Assembly (NCBI GenBank): GCA_038087875.1
Contig: JAXLNO010000689.1
Coordinates: 62,001-109,244 of the forward strand
Source of the DNA: Malacoraja senta
Taxonomy: Eukaryota
DNA length: 47,244 nt
Direction: 5' to 3'
Shown here: piece by piece, positions 21,845 through 34,722 of the stretch
Layout of the letters: each line of letters begins with the position of its first letter
How positions within the stretch are numbered: the first letter of the stretch is position 1
Position numbers and translations under genes: made by a program
Notes under the pieces: generated by a model
Seen by the model: only the letters and a program-made list of their open reading frames with translations
What the model was told of the DNA's origin: nothing
Databases searched by the model: none

Positions 21845-24800
21845 ACAGGTTAAGGGGGGCCAGGACAGTTTACTGTTCTGTATGTCAGATGTGGGAGGTT
21901 AGGGAGTCTGATAGCCTTCCAGACGTCCACATCTGCGCCAAGTGCATCGAGATGGGGCTCCTAAGGGACCGTATTAGGAACCTGGAGCATCAGCTCGATG
22001 ACCTCCGTCTGTTCAGGGAGAGTGAGGAGGTCATAGAGAGGAGTTACAGAGAGGTGGTCACTCCAAAACCACAGGAGGCAGACAAGTAGGTCACGGTTAG
22101 GAGGGGCAAGGGGCAGATGCAGGGACTAGAAAGTACCCCGGTGGCTGTTCACCTTGGCAATAAGTACTCCTGTTTGAGTACTGTTGGGGGGGACAGTCTA
22201 ACTGAGGGTAGCAAAAGCGGCCGGGCCTCCGGCACAGAGACCGGCCTTGTTGCTCAGAAGGGTAAGGAAAAGAAGAGGAGGGCAGTAGTAATAGGGGACC
22301 CTATAGTTAGGTGGTCAGATAGGCGATTCTGTGGACGCAGTCAGGAGACCCGGATGGTTGTTTGCCTCCCTGGTGCCAGGGTCTGGGATGTGTCTGAACG
22401 TGTCCAAGATATCCTGAAATGGGAGGGAGTGGAGCCCGAGGTCGTGGTACATATAGGTACCAATGACATACGTAGAAAAAGAGAAGAGGTCCTGAAAGGA
22501 GAAATTAGGGAGTTCGGAGGAGAGTTAAGCAGAAGGACCGCAAAGGTAACAATCTCAGGATTACTGCCTGTGCCACGCGACAGTGAGAGTAGGAATGGAG
22601 CGAGGTGGAGGATAAATTCGTGGCTGAAGGACTGGTGCAAAGGGCAGGGATTCAAGATTCTGGATCATTGTGACCTCTTTTGGAGAAGGTGTGACCTGTA
22701 CAAAAAGGACGGGTTGCACTTGAACCCGAGGGGCACCAATATCCTGGCGGGGAGATTTGCAAAGGCTACTGGGGAGACTTTAATAGAACGGTTGGGGGGA
22801 GGGACTCAAATAGAGAAAGCTAGTAGACATTGTGTGAGGCAGGAGGAAGAGAAGGGAAGCAGTCAGACCCAGCATGTACGGGGGAAAGAAGAAAAAAATA
22901 ATAAACAGAGAATAAGAGGTGGTTGGTTTCAATAGGTAGCAAGGTGAAAAGTAAAAGTGGCAGGCAAACAAATCCAGGGCAAAAATCAAAAAGGGACACT
23001 TTTCAACATAATTGTATAAGGGGTAAGAGCGCTGTAAAAACAAGCCTGAAGGCTTTGTGGCTCAATGCAAGGAACATTCGGAATAAGGTGGATGAGTTGA
23101 ATGTGCAAATAGCTATTAATGATTATGATATAGTTGGGATCACGGAGACATGTCTCCAGGATGACAAAGGCTGGGAGCAGAACATCCAGGGATATTCTAT
23201 ATTCAGGAGGGATAGACAGGAAGGAAAAGGAGGTGGGGTAGCGTTGCTGGTTAGAGAGGAGATTAACGAAATAGAAAGGAGGGACATTAGCTTGGAGGAT
23301 GTGGAATCGATATGGGTAGAGCTGCGAAACACTAAGGGGCAGAAAACGCTATTGAGTATTGTGTACAGGCCACCTAACTGTAGTAGTGGAGTTGGGGATG
23401 GCATCAAACAGGAAATTAGAAATGCGTGCAACAAAGGTAAAACTGTTATAATGGGTGACTTCAATCTATATATAGATTGGGTGAATCAAATTATCAGGGG
23501 TGCTGAGGAAGAGGATTTCTTGGAATGTACGCGGGGTAGTTTTGTTAACAAACATGTAGAGGAACCAACGAGAGAGCAGGCTATTCTAGATTGGGAATTG
23601 AGTAATGAGGAAGGGTTAGTGAGCAGTCTTGTTGTGCGTGGCCCCTTGGGGAAGAGTGACCATAATATGGTTGTTCTTCATTAGGATGGAGAGTGACATT
23701 GTTAATTCAGAAACAAGGGTCCTGAACTTAAAGAAATGTAACTTTGAGGGTATGAGACGTGAATTGGCCAAGATAGACTAGCAATTGATTCTTAAAGGGT
23801 TGACGATGGATATGCAATGAAAGGCATTTAAAGACTGCATGGATGAACTACAACAATTGTTCATCCGAGTTTGGCAAAAGAATAAATAAGGGAACAAAGT
23901 TATCCGTGGATAACAAGGGAAATCAGGGATAGTTTCAAAACAAAAGATGAAGCGTACAAATTAGCCAGGATATGCAGCCTACCAGAGGACTGGGAGAAAT
24001 TCAGAGTCCAGCAGAGGAGGACAAAGGGCTTAATTAGGAAAGGCGATATAGATTATGAAAGAAAACTGACCGCAAAAGTTTTATAGATGTGTGAAGATAA
24101 AAAAAGATTAGTTAAAACAAATGTAGGTCCCTTGCAGTCAGAAACAGGTGAATTGATCATGGGGAACAAGGACATGGCAGACCAATTTAATAACTACTTT
24201 GGTTCTGTCTTCACTATGGAAGACATAAATATTCTGCCGGAAATAGCAGGGGACCGCGGGTCAAATGAGATGGCGGAACTGAGTGAAATCCAGGTTAGTC
24301 GGGAAGTGGTGTTAGGTAAATTGAATGGATTAAAGGCCGATATATCCCCAGGGCCAGACAGGCTGCATCCCAGAGTACTTAAGGAAGTAGCCCCAGAAAT
24401 AGTGGATGCATTAGTGATAATTTTTCAGAACTCTTTAGATTCTGGAGTAGTTGCTGAGGATTGGAGGGGAGAGAAAACGGGGAATTACAGACCAGTTAGT
24501 CTAACATCGGTAGTGGGGAAAATGCTAGAGTCAGTTATTAAAGATGGGATAGCAGCACATTTGGAAAGTGGTGAAATCATTGGACAAAGTCAGCATGGAT
24601 TTATGAAAGGTAAATCATGTCTGACGAATCTTATAGAATTTTTCGAGGATGTAACTAGTAGAGTGGATAAGGGAGAAACAGTGGATGTGTTCTGGACTTT
24701 CAGAAGGCTTTCGGCAAGGTCCCACATATGCAAGTTAAAGCACACGGTATTGGGGGTTCAGTATTGATGTGGATAGAGAACTGGCTGGCAGACAGGAAGC

Positions 24801-25872
24801 AAAGAGTAGGAGTAAACGGGTCCTTTTCAGAATGGCAGGCAGTGATTGGTGGGGTATCGCAAGGCTCAGTGCTGGGACCCCCGCTATTTACAATATATAT
24901 TAATGAACTGGATGAGGCAATTGAATGCAACATCTCCAAGTTTGCGGATGACACGAAGCTGGGGGGGCCGTGTTAGCTGTGAGGAGGATGCTAGGAGGCT
25001 GCAAGGTGACTTGGATAGGTTGGGTGAGTGGGAAAGTGCATGGCAGATACAGTATAATGTGGATAAATGTGAGGTTACCCATTTTGGTGGCAAAAACAGG
25101 AAAGTAGACTATTATCTGAATGGTGGCCGATTAGGAAAAGGGGAGATGCAACGAGATCTGGGTGTCATGGTACACCAGTCATTGAAAGTAGGCATTCAGG
25201 TGCAGCAGGCAGTGAAGAAAGCCAATGGTATGTTAGCATTCATAGCAAAAGGACTTGAGTATAAGAGCAGGGAGGTTCTACTGCAGTTGTACAGGGTCTT
25301 GGTGAGGCCACACCTGGAGTATTGCGTACAGTTTTGGTCACCAAATCTGAGGAAAGACATTCTTGCCATAGAGGGAGTACAGAGAAGGTTCTCCAGACGG
25401 ATTCCTGGGATGGCAGGACTTTCATATGAATAAAGACTGGATAGACGAGGCTTGTACTCGCTAGAATTTAGAAGATTGAGGGGGGGATCGTAAAGAAACT
25501 TACAAGATTCTTAAGGGGTTGGACAGGATAGATGCAGGAAGATTGTTCCCGATGTTGGCGAAGGCCAGACAAGGGGTAACAGTTTAAGGATAAGGGGGAA
25601 GTCTTTTAGGACCGAGATGAGAAAATCATTTTTCACACAGAGAGTGCTGAATCTGTGGAATTCTCTGCCACAGAAGGTAATTGAGGCCAGTTCATTGGCT
25701 ATATTTAAGAGGGAGTTAGATGTGGCCCTTGTGGCTAAAGGGTTCAGGGGGTATGGAGAGAAAGCATGTACAGGATACTGAGTTGGATGATCAGTCATGA
25801 TCATATTGAATGGCGGTGCAGGCTCGAAGGGCCGAATAGCCTACTCCTGCACCTGTTTTCTATGTTTCTATG
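21845..25872 (+). mobile_element. Near-full-length CR1 LINE (ORF1 Zn-finger/coiled coil + SGNH esterase; ORF2 APE endonuclease + RT), inactivated by stops and frameshifts
   Basis: CSVCQMW..CAKC, GDPIVR/VVHIGTND/DGLHLN, NARNI/GITET/MGDFN/SDHN, QHGFMKGKSC, QGSVLGPPLF, KFADD; (gtttctat)n tail. Confidence 0.95.
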
Positions 25873-27199
25873 TTTACTTCGGAGTCACTTGATTGATTCA
25901 ATATACGTCAAACGCACGGCGCTCGACTGGCTGGCAGGCGCGTCGCTCCTCCAGCGGTAAGTTTCAAACCGTGCAGGTAAGTTTTTATACTTTTTTCAGG
26001 TTGTGTTTTTTGCGCGCAGGAATCTCATATACAGAGTTTCCTGCTGGATATGCAAACACGGGGCGAAATCCGGACGGGCCGCGTGGAAACCGGTTACGGA
26101 CCGCGGGGAAACCGGCTACGGACCGCGGAAGTCGTTACGGCTACGGTCTGTACCCGAGTCGCTGACAGTGCGGTCAGCGACGTCCGACCTCGGCAGCCCC
26201 AAAAAGGTGTGCAGCCAAACGGAGTCGGAGAGGCCTGGGCTGGGACGAGTCAGGCCAGGAGTGTTCCCCTCCGACATACATGGGTTCGTCCTCGGGTGTT
26301 TAACCCAGATGGAGCATGGATAGCGACCTCGGGCGTTCATCCCACAAAGGTGATGCTCCAACCTGATATGGTCCATGAAACGGGGCCATATCAGCGCAGG
26401 TCTCCTCGGGGGCCTGCGGCAGCGCCTGTTTCAGGGCTGCTTACAAATCTCCCTCTCTGTGGAGGAGAATGCGAGGGGTCATTGGATGACTGACTCCAAA
26501 CTCGGAAGTATGTCCGTGAAACATACTGGAATACATGTGTGAGGTTCAAGAATTGTCTGTCATGGCATCAATGGTTGCGATATCTATCGCAAACGAAGGA
26601 GCCACTGCAGGAAGAGTTGGCTTCCAGCCATTGGCAGAAAATCCGGGGGGGGGGCAGCGTTTCCACTCACGTTACAAGCTTAGTAAGCATCAGCTACCTC
26701 ACGTCACTTTATTACGGGAACAGGTGACGGAAAATACCATACACCTGTAAATTGAGCATACCTAAAAGTGCCGGCAGTGAACAACGCAATATGGGGAGAT
26801 TATGGAGTCCAAATTCGCAGGATTATGTAAGGCCAGCAATGTCCAGCCGCCGAATCTTCTCTTCGGTGAAGACCTATCCAATCAGGTAAAGGACCGGGAT
26901 CAGGAAGCGTAAGCTGTCGGACTAATCAAGGTACCATCGACGAGCACTGCTTCACCGTTTCGGCGACAAACACGCTATGCCTCCATCGGCAGTAAGCGGT
27001 TCACTGAAGCTGGTGGCAGCTTGAAAGCTGATTCTCTGGGCAGAGGTCTTCAGGCCTAGGCCCAAGCCGGCCTTCAGGGAAAATGTGCAATCCACGCACC
27101 CCAGCAGTCCGACCCTCCAAATCAAGGACGGGAATAGAACGCACATCAGGGGGCCTTCGGGGCTTACCGTAAGACTACCGCTAACGATGCAGGTACGTG

Positions 27200-29990
27200 G
27201 GTCTGTTTTTTCCCGAAACACGGGTTGTGTGGACCAGTTCCAAGTTGGTGAGATTACACTTGTTTTGAATGAAAGTCGTTGGATAAAATCAGATTCGTTT
27301 ATACTGCACAGTATACAAGGGTTCCAAATTGAATTCAATTCATTGCCACCCACACAGCATAGGCCAAACCGAACATTGTCCATTCACAACAGGAAGGTTT
27401 GGATGTACAAGCTGAAATTCAAAAGGGGTAATTGAGAAGTCGAGTCATGAACCTCACCAATTTGTTTCTAATATATTTACAAGACAAAAGAAAGATGGAG
27501 GATGTCGAATAATCCTTGATTTGACTCGACTCAACTCCTTTATGCAGTATAGACATTTCAAAATGGAAAACTTTGTTACTTCCAAACAACTGGTTTCCAA
27601 AGGATGTTATATGGCATGCATCGATCTCAAAGATGCATACTATTCGGTACCCATTCACTGGGATCATCGGAGATATTTCAAATTTAGCTGGATGGGGCAA
27701 CTGTGGCAGTTTAAAGCGTAGCCTAATGGGTTAACTTCAGCCCAGATTATTTAACAAATTATTGAATCCAGTACTTGGGCTACTTCGAGCTCAAAATCAT
27801 ATTGTTATGGCATTCTTGGATGATATCCTAATCATAAGGAAAACCGTGGAGTTGCCTAAAATTAGCTGTTTCAGCCACTAAACTCATGTTTGAGAGATTG
27901 GGGTTTCTTATCCATCCAGTTAAATCAAAGTTGATACCATCTAGAGCTATTGAGTATTTGGGATTTACCATTAACTCTATTCACATGTCTGTGACTCTGC
28001 CTTGGGGCAAGAGATAGAAACATAGAAACGTAGAAAAGAGGTGCAGGAGTAGGCCATTCGGCCCTTCGAGCCTGCACCGCCATTCAATATGATGATGGCT
28101 GATCATCCAACTCAGTATCCTGTACCTGCTTTCTCTCCATACCCCCTGATCCCTTTAGCCACACGGGCCACATCTAACTCCCTCATAAATATAGCCAATG
28201 AACTGGCCTCAACTACATTCTGTGGCAGAGAATTCCAGAGATTCACCACTCTCTGTGTAAAAAATGTTCTTCTCATCTCAGTCCTAAAAGATTTCCCCTT
28301 TATCCTTAAACTGTGACCCCTTGTTCTGGACTTCCCCAAAATCGGGAACAATCTTCCTGCATCTAGCCTGTCCAACCCCTTAAGAATTTTGTAAGTGTCT
28401 ATAAGATCCCCCCTCAATCTTCTAAATTCCAGCGAGTACAAGCCGAGTCTATCCAGTCTTTCCTCATATGAAAGTCCAGACATCCCAGGAATCAGTCTGG
28501 TGAACCTTCTCTGTACTCCCTCTATGTCAAGAATGTCCTTCCTCAGATTATGAGACAAAAACTGTAGGCAATACTCCAGGTGTGGTCTCACCAAGACACT
28601 GTACAACTGCAGTAGAAACTCCCTGCTCCTATACTCAAATCCTTTCGCTATGAATGCTAACATAACATTCGCTTTCTTCACTGCTTGCTGCACCTGCATG
28701 CCGACTTTCAATGACTGGTGTACCATGACACCCAGGTCTCGTTGCATCTCCCCTTTTCCTAATCGGCCACCATTCAGGTAATAGTCTACTTTCCTGTTTT
28801 TGCCACCAAAGTGGATAACCTCACATTTGTTCACATTATACTGCATCTGCCATGCATTTGCCCACTCACCCAGCCTATCCAAGTCATCTTGCAGCCTCCT
28901 AGCACCCTCCTCACAGCTAGATTAGAATTAATAGAAGCCTGTAACAATCTCGTTGTTATGGAGCAACCTTCTATTCGACATGTAGCCAGTGTAATTGCCA
29001 AATGAGTGGCTTCTTTCCAGCTGCACAGTTTGGGCCTTTGCATTATCAGTATTTACAACGTGCAAAGGAGCAAGCACTCAAATACCATGCAGGTCACTTT
29101 AATCAGACCTATGCGATTGCCAGCTGAAGCCATTTCTGAGTTACAATGGTGGATGACCAATATTTGTCATTGCTCCATTAACATTTTGGTCAGCGAAGCT
29201 TCAGTTAATTTACAATCTGATGCTAGTGCTCAAGGTTGGGGTGCTACCAATACAATATCTAGCTGCGGTGTCAGTTTGGAAATGCATGAGCCATCAAGCC
29301 TTCAGTTACATGGTATCAACTATTTGGAGATGCTGTGAGCACTCTATGTGTTGAAGGCTTATTGTGGGAATATGTATCATCTGCGTGTTCACCTACAGAT
29401 TGACAACACTACAGCGGTGGCATATATTAATCACATGGGTGGAGTCAAATCAGTATCTTAGGATAAACTGGCTAACCTTATTTGGCACTGGTATATTGCA
29501 AGAAACATTTGGGTTTCAGCTACCTACTTACCAGGTAGGTTTAACATGGTGGCGGCACCAGGTCACGGAAATTTAATGACAACACAGAATGGATGTTGGA
29601 TCATAAAGTGTTTAACGACATTGTCGCTCGGCATGGAACACCGGATATCGATTTGTTCGCATCTCGACTCAGTCACCAGTTACCAAAGTATGTTGCATGG
29701 GAACCAGACCCAGGGGCAGTAGCCGAAGATTGCATTCTCGCTAAACTGGGGAGGAAGGTTCTTTTACCTCATTTTGCCTCATCAGTCGGTGCTTGCTAAA
29801 GATCCAGCAAGACTCCGCCTCAGCCATTTTGTAGTGCCTGGCTGGCCTGCACAGCCATGGTACCCACTCATATTGGGAATGATAACAGAGCCTTTTATGG
29901 CTGTTCCCAAACGCAGAAATCTGCTGTTTCACCCGTCACTGGGGAGGACCATCCACTGTATGATCGAATCAAATTGTTGATTGCAGACTC
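27200..29990 (+). pseudogene. DIRS pol (RT, RNase H, DNA N6-adenine methyltransferase-like domain), disrupted
   Basis: ORF fragments at 27521, 29006, 29593 and 29774 carry the motifs; interrupted by a CR1 insertion at ~28015-28918. Confidence 0.8.
28015..28918 (-). mobile_element. 5'-truncated young CR1 LINE nested in DIRS pol
   Basis: 256-aa open C-terminal ORF2 frame (28112-28882); tagaaaca tail; the DIRS frame LPWGKR|LELIEAC resumes across it. Confidence 0.92.
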
Positions 29991-29999
29991 TGAGAAGAC

Positions 30000-30945
30000 C
30001 TTACCTGGGGCTCGGACTGTCTGATCGTACTTTGGACGTGATCACTGCGGCCTAGAGAGATAGTACCAAGAAGCAGTACATCTCCTATAACAAGAAGTGG
30101 GAAGTGTTCTGTTTACAGTCCACCATAACGTATGACACGACAAGTATAACAGATGTTTTGGAATTCCTCTCTAAACTATTTTTGACGAGGGACAGAGTTA
30201 TAGTACCATAAATTGTGCCAGAAGTGCCTTGTCGTCATACTTGTTGCTGGGATCTGGACATCACTCTGTCGGGACTCACCCACTGATAGCCAGATTTATG
30301 AAGGGTATCTTCAACTCAAAACCTCCCAGGCCCATGTACTCAGAGATATGGGGTGTTAACATTGTGCTGACGCCGCTTCGCCGGTGGGCTCCAGCTACAT
30401 CCCTGTCCTTGGTCAAACTCACATACAACGTGGTTATGCTCATGGCGCTGGTTTCAGCGCAACGGGTCCAGTCGTTGCACAAGCTGCGACTTGACAGGAT
30501 TGTTACATCTGCAGGCAAAATAACATTTTATGTTTATGACTTAGTCAAGCAGAGTAGACCAGGGGCATCAGGTCATAAACTAGATATTTTTGGCATACCC
30601 CATGGCCTTAGTTTGAGTGTGGTCACACATCTACAACAGCATGTTAAGGTCACTAAGAGCCTTAGAGGCTCTGAACTAGCAATGTTTGTTAGTTACATAA
30701 AACCTCATAAGAAGGTATCAATACAGACCATTTCCAGGTGGCTACAAACAAGTTCTCGCTTGTGCAGGAGTGAACACTGACATTTTCAAATCTCACTCCA
30801 CCAGGGCTGCGACAACATCAGCAGCGATGGTTACGGATGTTCCGCTGCAGGATGGTCAAACGAACGAACCTTTCCAAACATTTTATAACAAACCCATTGC
30901 CAGACCGAGGGTATTTGCCAACTCTATATTAGGTTCTGTTTATAG
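30000..30945 (+). pseudogene. DIRS tyrosine recombinase, frameshifted
   Basis: SYSTINCARSALS, HPLIARFMKG, SAQRVQSL (catalytic R), SHSTRAA (HxxR), GWSN..TFQTFYNKP (catalytic Y). Confidence 0.85.
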
Positions 30946-30970
30946 TTTCCTCCCGGATGAGAGGGCTTTA

Positions 30971-31001
<31 letters not shown>

Positions 31002-31140
31002 TGTTCATTAAAACGCATCTGCATGTTTAAATCTATGTCATGTCTGAATGCATTATTAATGTTCACTCATCTGTGGTCAACTGATGCAGTTGTGTTGTGT
31101 GGACTCGTGTTCACGGCATGAAATCACAGAGCGTTGACAT

Positions 31141-31252
31141 CTTCACGTAGTCACTCACGTGACTCCGGAGTAATATAGGAAGATTAAACGAGAACTTACC
31201 AGTTTGAAGTTTTACCTTTATTTTATAAGGAGTTACGATTAGGCATTACGTG
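31141..31252 (+). repeat. DIRS internal complementary region (ICR)
   Basis: gtgactccggagta is complementary to the left end tacttcggagtcac (25875-25888). 31175-31252 is complementary to the right end 31397-31476. Confidence 0.88.
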
Positions 31253-31899
31253 CCCTCCGCTCCGAACCCTCTCTCATAAAGGTCAGCTGGTAGTTCTAAT
31301 TTCTCGAATCTTCCTATGTTCAGTTCAACAACTGTTATCTGTGATTTCACACCGCTGCTGTGAAGGTTGACGCGCATGCGGGCTGGCGGGCTTCTTCACG
31401 TAATCCCTCATCGTAACTCCTCATAAAATAAAGATCAAACTTCAAACTGGCAAATTCTCGTTTAATCTTCCTATTAATGAGACCCTCTACTGTGTGCAGT
31501 TGCTAAGAACAATAGGTGAATTTATTGACATTGATTTGTGGGACTTTGCGTGGCCCTGACAGGATAGACATTCAAAATAATTTTTAAAAAACGGGTATAT
31601 GCATGATTACGTTAGGATCAGAAGATCAGAATATGAATTCACCTTGGAGTGACTGAGGTGAGATGTAATTTACTCTCTCTGACATATCTGAATGCAGAGT
31701 ACCCTCTCTACCAAAAAACATTGATTTCATAAAACACATACAAGCGAAGTTCCATGTGGACAAGAGGGAACTGAAGACTAATGTGACCAGATATGGAAAT
31801 GAACTTGACATCAGGATCAGTTTAATAATTTATTGTCTGAACAGACCTGAGATTGGCATTGTGCGTGTAGCCGTGTGTACCTGTGTCCATGGCCACTGC

Positions 31900-32605
31900 T
31901 TCATCGGCGCTATGGCCCACGGACCAGAGTCAGTGACGAGAGGTGACAGCATCTCATCCACAATAACTCTTAACACCAGCGCCCTACAAGGATGATTTCT
32001 CAGCCCCCTAAATTACTTGTTTTACATTCTCCACAGATCTCACTGATTTCGTCAACAGGTTTGCTGACGACACCACTGTAATGGGCCGGATCAGGAACAA
32101 TGATGAGGCGGAGTTCAGCAAAGAGATAGTGAACCTACTCACATTGTGTCAGAAGAATAGCCTCTCCATCAATATTATCAAGAGAAGGAGCTAGATATTA
32201 ATTTATGGAAGCAAGGTGAAGTACATGCGTAAATCAGGATTAGTAGCGCGGAAGTAGATTTAGTTGAGGCTCAATTTATTTGGCGTTAATATTAACACCG
32301 ATGTATCCTGGGTGAACCACACAGTTCAGACAACCAAGAACGCATACTCGACCTCCGGTGGAGACTGGCAAAACCTCTACAAACATCTCCAAATGTGACA
32401 TTGAAAGCATAAGTTCATGATGCATCAAAGCCTGGTTTGGAAATAATTCTAGCCAAGACGGCAAGACATTGCAGAGATATTTTCTATTGTGCCCATGTAT
32501 GGAGTGACTGGTCTGAGTGGATAGCATGCAAAACCACGCTTTTCGCTGCACCTCGATACATGAGACAATAGTAAATCTGGCCTAACAAATCTAGACAAAC
32601 CTAAT
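31900..32605 (+). mobile_element. Rex1/Babar LINE 3' fragment
   Basis: SISSTITLNTSALQG and RFADDTTVMGRI motifs, plus a Rex1-type 3' end. Confidence 0.7.
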
Positions 32606-32684
32606 GATTGGAGATAAGTAAAAACTGTGATCATAGCGTGAATATAAGTTCAATGATGGGGGTCAAAGAATACCCACGTGACAC

Positions 32685-33406
32685 TGTGAAGGATAAATTT
32701 AATACGCTTTACCTACTGCTCGATTAAAAGCTAAGCATTGAAATATTACTGCTTGACCTATGCTCTAAATTAAGTGTTGAGCATTGAGGCATTATACAAT
32801 CCGAATTGAGGAACTAGATGCAACTGTCAATGCTTACTTATTTCATAATACGAGCTACAAGCAAAGGATAAGTTTGGACCAACTGAGCAGTACTGTTAGG
32901 CTACGGGAGGAAAAATCTGTATATTTACACCGTATATAAGAGAAGTAACTGGAGAAAGGAGAAGTGCTGAAGGTGAACGTGTCTAGAGAACGGGTGGTTA
33001 GTGGAACGTGTCTTAACATTGGGGCCGTCAGTGCTGAGTATGTGGAAAGTTGTGGTTAAGCCAGTAAGTGACCTTATGGCCATCTGTGCATCTGTAATTG
33101 TAACATACGAATAACCCTGACCGTTTGCATGATGTAACCGAACTCGTCGTCACCGTTAAGTACTTCTCGTTTTTATATGTATAAATATACAGCTCACCCG
33201 CTCCATCATTGAGTGGGTCTTAGAGCGACAACCAGTAGGTAACCAGACTGATTGGATCTCCCCCTGCTCCCGGTACCGTAATAAAGAGCGATTTGTTTGA
33301 CTGAAATTGTTTGATGTACTCTACATCAGTCAACAGATGTAGACTGAAATTGTTTGATGTACTCTACGTCAGTCATCAGACAACAGTCTTTTAACGAACT
33401 TTTACA
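32685..33406 (+). mobile_element. Solo LTR (722 bp; ERV- or Gypsy-type)
   Basis: TGTGAAGG...CTTTTACA imperfect inverted termini; ACAC duplicated at 32681-84 and 33407-10; TATA-like tataaatata near 33180; AATAAA at 33279. Confidence 0.7.
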
Positions 33407-33975
33407 ACACAGGTGGTGTTTATATACAATCGGTTGTTATCCAATGAACAGTTCGACAAATGCGTGAGAAGTTAAGGTGTGGGGGTAGGAGACAGAATAG
33501 AGTAAAATACTAATACTCTATTGCGGACCCCATTTAATGTCGGGCATCAGAAATAAAAGATGAAATAAGGATGAACACAGAAGATTCGGAAGACCTTCGC
33601 TTGAGAGGACAACGTATCTAATGTCTGGCATATATGACCTTATCAAAGCTCCGACCTTGTCTAAACAAATGCATGCTGTGTTACTGTTTCACAAAGCACA
33701 CGTCGCAACCATTGGCGTTGCACCGTGCTCTAGATGAGAATATAAACTGGCTCGTCAGCGCACCTCAACATCAGAATCAGTTGCTGTCCAACATTTATTA
33801 CTCAACAGAAATAATCAAACCTGGCTAACTATTGCAACTGTCGAGTTTGAAATACAAGGAAATAGTAGTGAACCCTGCTATAACTACTGATTACGGAGAA
33901 ACGTGCACATACTGGACCAATTGTCATTGAGTCACACCACTTTGAAGTAGGCCGAAAAACTATGCGCGTATGCTG

Positions 33976-34722
33976 AGGGGGCGCTGTCCTGTGTGTGGCT
34001 GCCCAGCCAGCAGCTGTCTGTCCTTTCATCTTTTATTTTTTAATTTTAGTTAGTTAAGTGTTTTGTTTGGAGGTCTAGACTTTTTGTGTGTGGGGGGGGG
34101 AGGGGAAACTACCTTTCAGGGTCCCTACCTGGCCGGAGAGGCAGCTTTTCTCCGGGCTGCAGCTTCGACCCGTCCTCGCGGCCTACCAGCGGGCCTGGAG
34201 CGGCGTTTCCTGTCGGGGAGCGCCCAGAACCTCGGCTTCGGCGGCGGCACAGCGCTGGAGCGCTATCGCGGAGCGGGCGATGCATTGCCCGGGTCGCCGC
34301 GGTGGAGCTCCGGTGAGGTGAAGATCGCTGGGGAAAACATCGCGGAGCTGCGGGACTGTGGAGCGACCAGCTGCGGGCGGCGGCGCTGAACTTTACACCG
34401 GGAGTCTGGTATCTCTAGATGAGATCGCCAGTTGTGGAGCTCCAACCGGCGCGGCCTTGTAGCCTTCGGAAGCTGCGGCCCCCAGTGCGGAGGCGGCCGT
34501 TCCAGGGTTCCCAGGCCGCTGGGAGGACTCTCCCGACGCCGGAGCAACATCACCCGGTGGGAGCCATTGTGGGGGGATGTTCAGTGTTAAGACTATCTTG
34601 GTGTTATGTCTGTATTCTCTTTTTTGTGTGCTGCATAATGGCAAAAAGCATTTCACTTCACTACACCTGGGTGTATGTGAATGTGACTAATAAAAATACC
34701 TTGAACCTTGAACCTTGAACCT
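33976..34722 (+). mobile_element. GC-rich non-autonomous retroelement with a Rex1-like tail and (CCTTGAA)n end
   Basis: Core is the reverse complement of ~2690-3140; possible TGCTG target duplication (33971-75 and 34723-27). Confidence 0.72.

Larger units (their letters stand above)
25873..31476 (+). mobile_element. DIRS1-type tyrosine-recombinase retrotransposon, degraded ORFs with intact terminal architecture
   Basis: RT (HFKMEN, IDLKDAYYSVPI, AFLDD), RNase H (SDASAQGWGA, INYLEM, IDNTTAVAYINHMGG), MT-like domain (DIDLFASRL), YR (RVQSL, HSTR, FYNKP), and an ICR complementary to both termini. Confidence 0.9.

Noticed and set aside
22117..22935. SGNH/GDSL esterase as a host enzyme gene
   Set aside because: It lies in the ORF1 position of a CR1 LINE, where this domain is well known; the upstream frame has a stop and the GDS serine position reads GDP.
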